Position numbers and translations under genes: made by a program
The notes under the pieces: generated by a model
Seen by the model: only the letters and a program-made list of their open reading frames with translations
Database searches by the model: none
Told to the model about the DNA's origin: nothing
Part shown: in pieces, positions 60,651-64,000 of the stretch
Layout of the letters: each line of letters begins with the position of its first letter
How positions within the stretch are numbered: the first letter of the stretch is position 1
Origin: Candidatus Binatia bacterium
Lineage (GTDB): Bacteria > Desulfobacterota > Binatia > UBA9968 > CAXXLF01
Reading direction: 5' to 3'
Length of the DNA stretch: 64,000 nucleotides
Assembly (NCBI GenBank): GCA_963664015.2
Contig: CAXXLF010000002.1
Coordinates: forward strand, 1,792,001 to 1,856,000

Positions 60651-62654
60651 ATGATTGACGCAGCCCTTTCCGCTTTACAGGAACTTCTGGTTCCCATACG
60701 TCTCCTCTTTCTATTAATTGGCGTTCTCATGGGGTTGGTGCTAGGCGCCATTCCAGGTCTCGGCGGATTGGTCGGGTTGGCCATCCTTCTCCCCTTTACC
60801 TTCGACATGGATCCCGCCATGGCATTCGCCATCATGATCGGGCTGCTCTCGATTACGAGCACTTCGGACACGATTCCTTCAGTGCTGTTTGGCGTCCCCG
60901 GGACCGCGGCGTCTCAGGCTACTATTATGGACGGTCACCCTATGGCCAAGAAGGGAGAGGCCGGTCGGGCATTGGGCGCAGCCTACATGGCCTCACTAAT
61001 TGGCGGTCTCTTTGGAGCCATCGTTCTGGCCATGATGATTCCCGTCATAAGACCGATCGTTATGTCCTTTGGTGCCCCAGAATTCTTTATGATGGGCATC
61101 CTTGGGGTTTCGATGGTCGCGGTTTTAAGCGGTAGTGCTCCCATCAAAGGGCTGGTTGCGGGAGCCATGGGCCTCATGGTGGGGATGGTGGGGATGGATC
61201 CGCAGAGCGGGGTGCACCGCTGGGTCTTTGGCGAGCTTTACTTATTGGATGGATTGCCTTTGGTCCCCGTATCCCTTGGTATCTTTGCGATTCCGGAAGT
61301 AGTGGACCTTTTCATCCGGGGAACCCGGATTGCCGATGTTCCCAGTGACGCTCTGAAGGGAGTCCGGGCAGGTATTCGAGATGCGCTGCGGAACTGGGGC
61401 CTTGTCCTTCGCTGCAGCGCATTGGGCGTTTGGATAGGTATGATCCCGGGCCTTGGAGCTGCGGTTGTGGACTGGTTTGCCTACGGTCACGCCATGCAGA
61501 GTGAAAAAGGCGCGTCCGAGTCGTTCGGGAAAGGCGACGTTCGTGGTGTGATAGCCCCCGAGTCAGCCAATAATGCCAAAGAGGGTGGGGCGTTGATCCC
61601 GACCATCGCTTTCGGGGTTCCGGGAAGTGCTTCCATGGCGTTGCTCCTCGGAGCAATGATGATCCAGGGGTTAACACCGGGCCCCGCTATGCTGACTACG
61701 CATCTCGACGTCACCTTCACCCTAGTTTGGAGCATCGCAATCGCCAATATTTTTGGGACCGTCTTATGCCTGTTCTCGACCAATCTTCTGGCGAAGCTCT
61801 CTTTGGTTCGGATCCATTTACTGGTCCCGCTTGTCACTGCCATGGTCTTTCTGGCGGCCTACCAGGCCAGCCGCCACTATGGAGATATGTGGTCGCTATT
61901 GACCTTTGCCCTGCTCGGTTGGTTTATGAAACGATTTGGCTGGCCCAGGCCGCCGATCATTCTCGGTTTAGTCCTGAGTACTATCCTGGAAAACAGCCTG
62001 CATATTTCAGTGGCTCGTTATGGTCTGGGGATGTTCTCTCGACCCATATTCATCGTGATTATCCTGGTCATTATCGCGAGTTTGTATTTCGGTGTTCGAA
62101 TGCAGCGCCGCCCGGCAACGGATGGCGCAGAAGCCCCACCCAGAAGTCCGGTGAAATTCCGCTTCCAGGTTAGTTCTCTTTTCACCCTGGTTATGCTAGG
62201 GATTTTTGGAACTGCCATCTATTCGGCATGGCAATGGCAGTTTCCGGCTGCTCGAGTCTTTCCTTGGTCCATTGGGATCCCTGCGGTGATTCTCTGCCTA
62301 GCCCAGCTTTTTTCGGACCTCTTTCGGCCCATGGAGGTCGGCAAGAGCGGCTTTATGGATCTACCAGTAGATCGAAGCGTACCTGTCTCGGTCGTGATCC
62401 GTAGGGCCACGAATATTTTCGGTTGGATGATGGGGCTTTTTATCGGTATTTGGCTTGTAGGATTTATCGTCATCGTACCGGTGTTCATTGTTCTCTATCT
62501 CACCCTGCAGGCCGGGGAGAAGTGGCGGGTTACATTAGCTTACACGTTGGGAATCATGGCCTTCATGATCGGAGTTTTCCACCTGGTCTTGACCGTTCCC
62601 TGGCCCGAGGCCCTTTTCCCGCAGATGGAGGAGGCGATCCTCGCCTGGTTCTAA
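60651..62654 (+). CDS. TTT permease TctA fused to TctB-like domain
   Basis: GAIPGLG, GVPGT, DGHPMAKKG, APESANNA, PT..FGVPGS; extra C-terminal TM domain of about 170 aa. Confidence 0.92.
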   Translation: MIDAALSALQELLVPIRLLFLLIGVLMGLVLGAIPGLGGLVGLAILLPFTFDMDPAMAFAIMIGLLSITSTSDTIPSVLFGVPGTAASQATIMDGHPMAKKGEAGRALGAAYMASLIGGLFGAIVLAMMIPVIRPIVMSFGAPEFFMMGILGVSMVAVLSGSAPIKGLVAGAMGLMVGMVGMDPQSGVHRWVFGELYLLDGLPLVPVSLGIFAIPEVVDLFIRGTRIADVPSDALKGVRAGIRDALRNWGLVLRCSALGVWIGMIPGLGAAVVDWFAYGHAMQSEKGASESFGKGDVRGVIAPESANNAKEGGALIPTIAFGVPGSASMALLLGAMMIQGLTPGPAMLTTHLDVTFTLVWSIAIANIFGTVLCLFSTNLLAKLSLVRIHLLVPLVTAMVFLAAYQASRHYGDMWSLLTFALLGWFMKRFGWPRPPIILGLVLSTILENSLHISVARYGLGMFSRPIFIVIILVIIASLYFGVRMQRRPATDGAEAPPRSPVKFRFQVSSLFTLVMLGIFGTAIYSAWQWQFPAARVFPWSIGIPAVILCLAQLFSDLFRPMEVGKSGFMDLPVDRSVPVSVVIRRATNIFGWMMGLFIGIWLVGFIVIVPVFIVLYLTLQAGEKWRVTLAYTLGIMAFMIGVFHLVLTVPWPEALFPQMEEAILAWF

Positions 62655-62787
62655 AGAGAGAACTCGCAGGCGCCAGTTCTGAGCCACGGATCGTTTGATC
62701 GAGATTTGGTCTGATAGTGGTCGGTTACGGTTGGAACGAGAGATAGTTCGAGGGAAGCCGTGAATCTATTCAATCATGACTCTCGAG

Positions 62788-63108
62788 TCACGAAACCCTG
62801 GATCCGGGGCTCACTCTTTTCTCCGGTGTTAAGATCACGGTATTCTCCCCATCGGAGGCAGCCAAGAGCATTCCCTCACTTTCCAAGCCCCTGAGTTTTG
62901 CCGTTTGCAAATTGGCTACCACCACGACTTGCTTCCCGATCAATTCCTCCGGGGTATAGTGTCCCCTGATCCCAGCAACCAGCTGGCGTTCCTCGGAGAC
63001 CAGGTCAATTTTGACGACCATAGGCCTGTCCGCATTGGGATGGGGCTCCGCATGCTGAATAGTAGCGACCCGGAGTTCTATATTTCGAAAATCGTCGATA
63101 GTGATCAT
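62788..63108 (-). CDS. tRNA-binding OB-fold protein (Trbp111/MetG C-terminal-like)
   Basis: ITIDDF..IELRV, RQLVAGI, VANL...KLRG.ESEGMLLAA; GAGG RBS. Confidence 0.92.
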   Translation of the reverse strand: MITIDDFRNIELRVATIQHAEPHPNADRPMVVKIDLVSEERQLVAGIRGHYTPEELIGKQVVVVANLQTAKLRGLESEGMLLAASDGENTVILTPEKRVSPGSRVS

Positions 63109-63270
63109 ATCTATCCTCGGTAAGTAAGAGTTGCCGCCACCATAGCAGAATACCAACGTGTCCTGAAGGACACCTCCCACTTGAAGCTCTACGGGTTCAC
63201 GCCCATTCGACTGGGAGATCACGGCTAGCCATGGTTTTCTGCGAAGGCGGATAAAAAAGTGTAGCTCCCA

Positions 63271-63320
63271 TTGACAAGTCCAAGAAGCCCGGATAAAAAC
63301 AATAACCATTCTTAATAAGC
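63271..63320 (+). promoter_or_regulatory. Sigma70-like promoter of rubrerythrin, possible Fur/PerR-type AT-rich box
   Basis: TTGACA-17nt-TAAAAA followed by AATAACCATTCTTAATAA. Confidence 0.35.
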
Positions 63321-63334
63321 AAAGGAGGACTTCA

Positions 63335-63781
63335 ATGGCAAAGAGTATTAAAGGAACAAAGAGTTTGGAAAATCTCAAAGGCGCCTTCGCCGGTGAGTCA
63401 CAGGCGAACAGACGTTACCTCTATTTTTCCCGGACGGCCGATATCGAGGGTTACCCGGACGTGGGTGGTCTGTTCCGCGACACGGCAGAGGCCGAAACCG
63501 GTCATGCCTTCGGTCACCTGGACTTCTTGAAAGAGGTGGGCGATCCGTGCACCAACGCCCCCATTGGCAATACGGAGAAGAATCTCCAGTCGGCCATCGA
63601 TGGGGAGACCTACGAGTACACCGAGATGTATCCTGGATTTGCCAAGACGGCGCGCCAGGAGGGACTCGATGAGTTGGCCGAGTGGTTTGAGACACTGGCA
63701 AAGGCGGAGAAGTCCCACGCCGGCCGGTTTACCAAAGGCAAACAGCTCATTGCTGGCAAAGATCCAGCGGACGCCGTTTAA
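63335..63781 (+). CDS. Rubrerythrin (short erythrin type, no rubredoxin domain)
   Basis: [40 protein letters not shown]. Confidence 0.95.
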   Translation: MAKSIKGTKSLENLKGAFAGESQANRRYLYFSRTADIEGYPDVGGLFRDTAEAETGHAFGHLDFLKEVGDPCTNAPIGNTEKNLQSAIDGETYEYTEMYPGFAKTARQEGLDELAEWFETLAKAEKSHAGRFTKGKQLIAGKDPADAV

Positions 63782-63810
63782 GTTCGATCAGTCCACTGAA
63801 AATCCCGTTG

Positions 63811-63838
63811 TCGAGGGCGGGGTTCACCCCGCTCTCGA
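63811..63838 (+). terminator. Hairpin after rubrerythrin
   Basis: TCGAGGGCGGGG-TTCA-CCCCGCTCTCGA. Confidence 0.55.
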
Positions 63839-63939
63839 TGGATAGGTCTCCTGTCCAGCGACGTACGGTGATGACCTGCACGAAGCGTCGACATGAGCAG
63901 GAAGCTCACCCCGACGTGTGAAGATCGAGGCAAAGAGCT

Positions 63940-64000
63940 ATGGCAGATGGGTTGGACAGCGAACAGTACTGGAATCAAGCAAAAACCGAAGATGAGCTGC
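63940..64000 (+). CDS. Start of probable Fe-S oxidoreductase (3' truncated by window edge)
   Basis: MADGLDSEQYWNQAKTEDEL resembles the N-terminus of the Fe-S protein that commonly follows short rubrerythrins; only 20 codons visible. Confidence 0.4.
   Translation, partial: MADGLDSEQYWNQAKTEDEL

Noticed and set aside
1-64000. tRNA, rRNA, intact transposase, cas or prophage genes
   Set aside because: None recognised by eye in intergenic regions or ORFs; tRNAscan/Infernal would be needed to exclude them formally.

Overview
64 kb of bacterial chromosome with mid-50s GC by eye. Gene content suggests a deltaproteobacterium-like organism, possibly Candidatus Binatia/Desulfobacterota_B (inference only). 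The backbone is housekeeping: yacG, lpxA, pyrD, thiD, mltG, lexA, thiL, lon, dnaJ-dnaK-grpE, recO-glyQS-ppdK, alr-purH-purD-purE-tsaC. It is interleaved with aromatic/organic-acid catabolic genes (cupins, aldehyde dehydrogenase, benzoate-CoA ligase family, class II aldolase, two 4,5-dihydroxyphthalate-decarboxylase-like proteins, gentisate dioxygenase, TTT transporter). The accessory region at about 41.8-49.5 kb holds an unannotated tyrosine-integrase remnant, an AT-rich lipoprotein gene and a 6.2-kb decaying type IV pilin/glycosylation segment. That segment is bracketed by a 143-bp direct repeat, the 3' part of a small zinc-finger gene, whose two copies differ only at synonymous sites. Other notable signals: an 'empty' heptamer-repeat hairpin element, two small TIR elements, a stand-alone LeuA/CimA allosteric domain, a motif-divergent archease coupled to an HD dNTPase-like gene, and many substitutions (often G>T) at normally invariant residues of core proteins. 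No rRNA, tRNA or CRISPR array was seen. All product calls are from motif recognition, not database searches.
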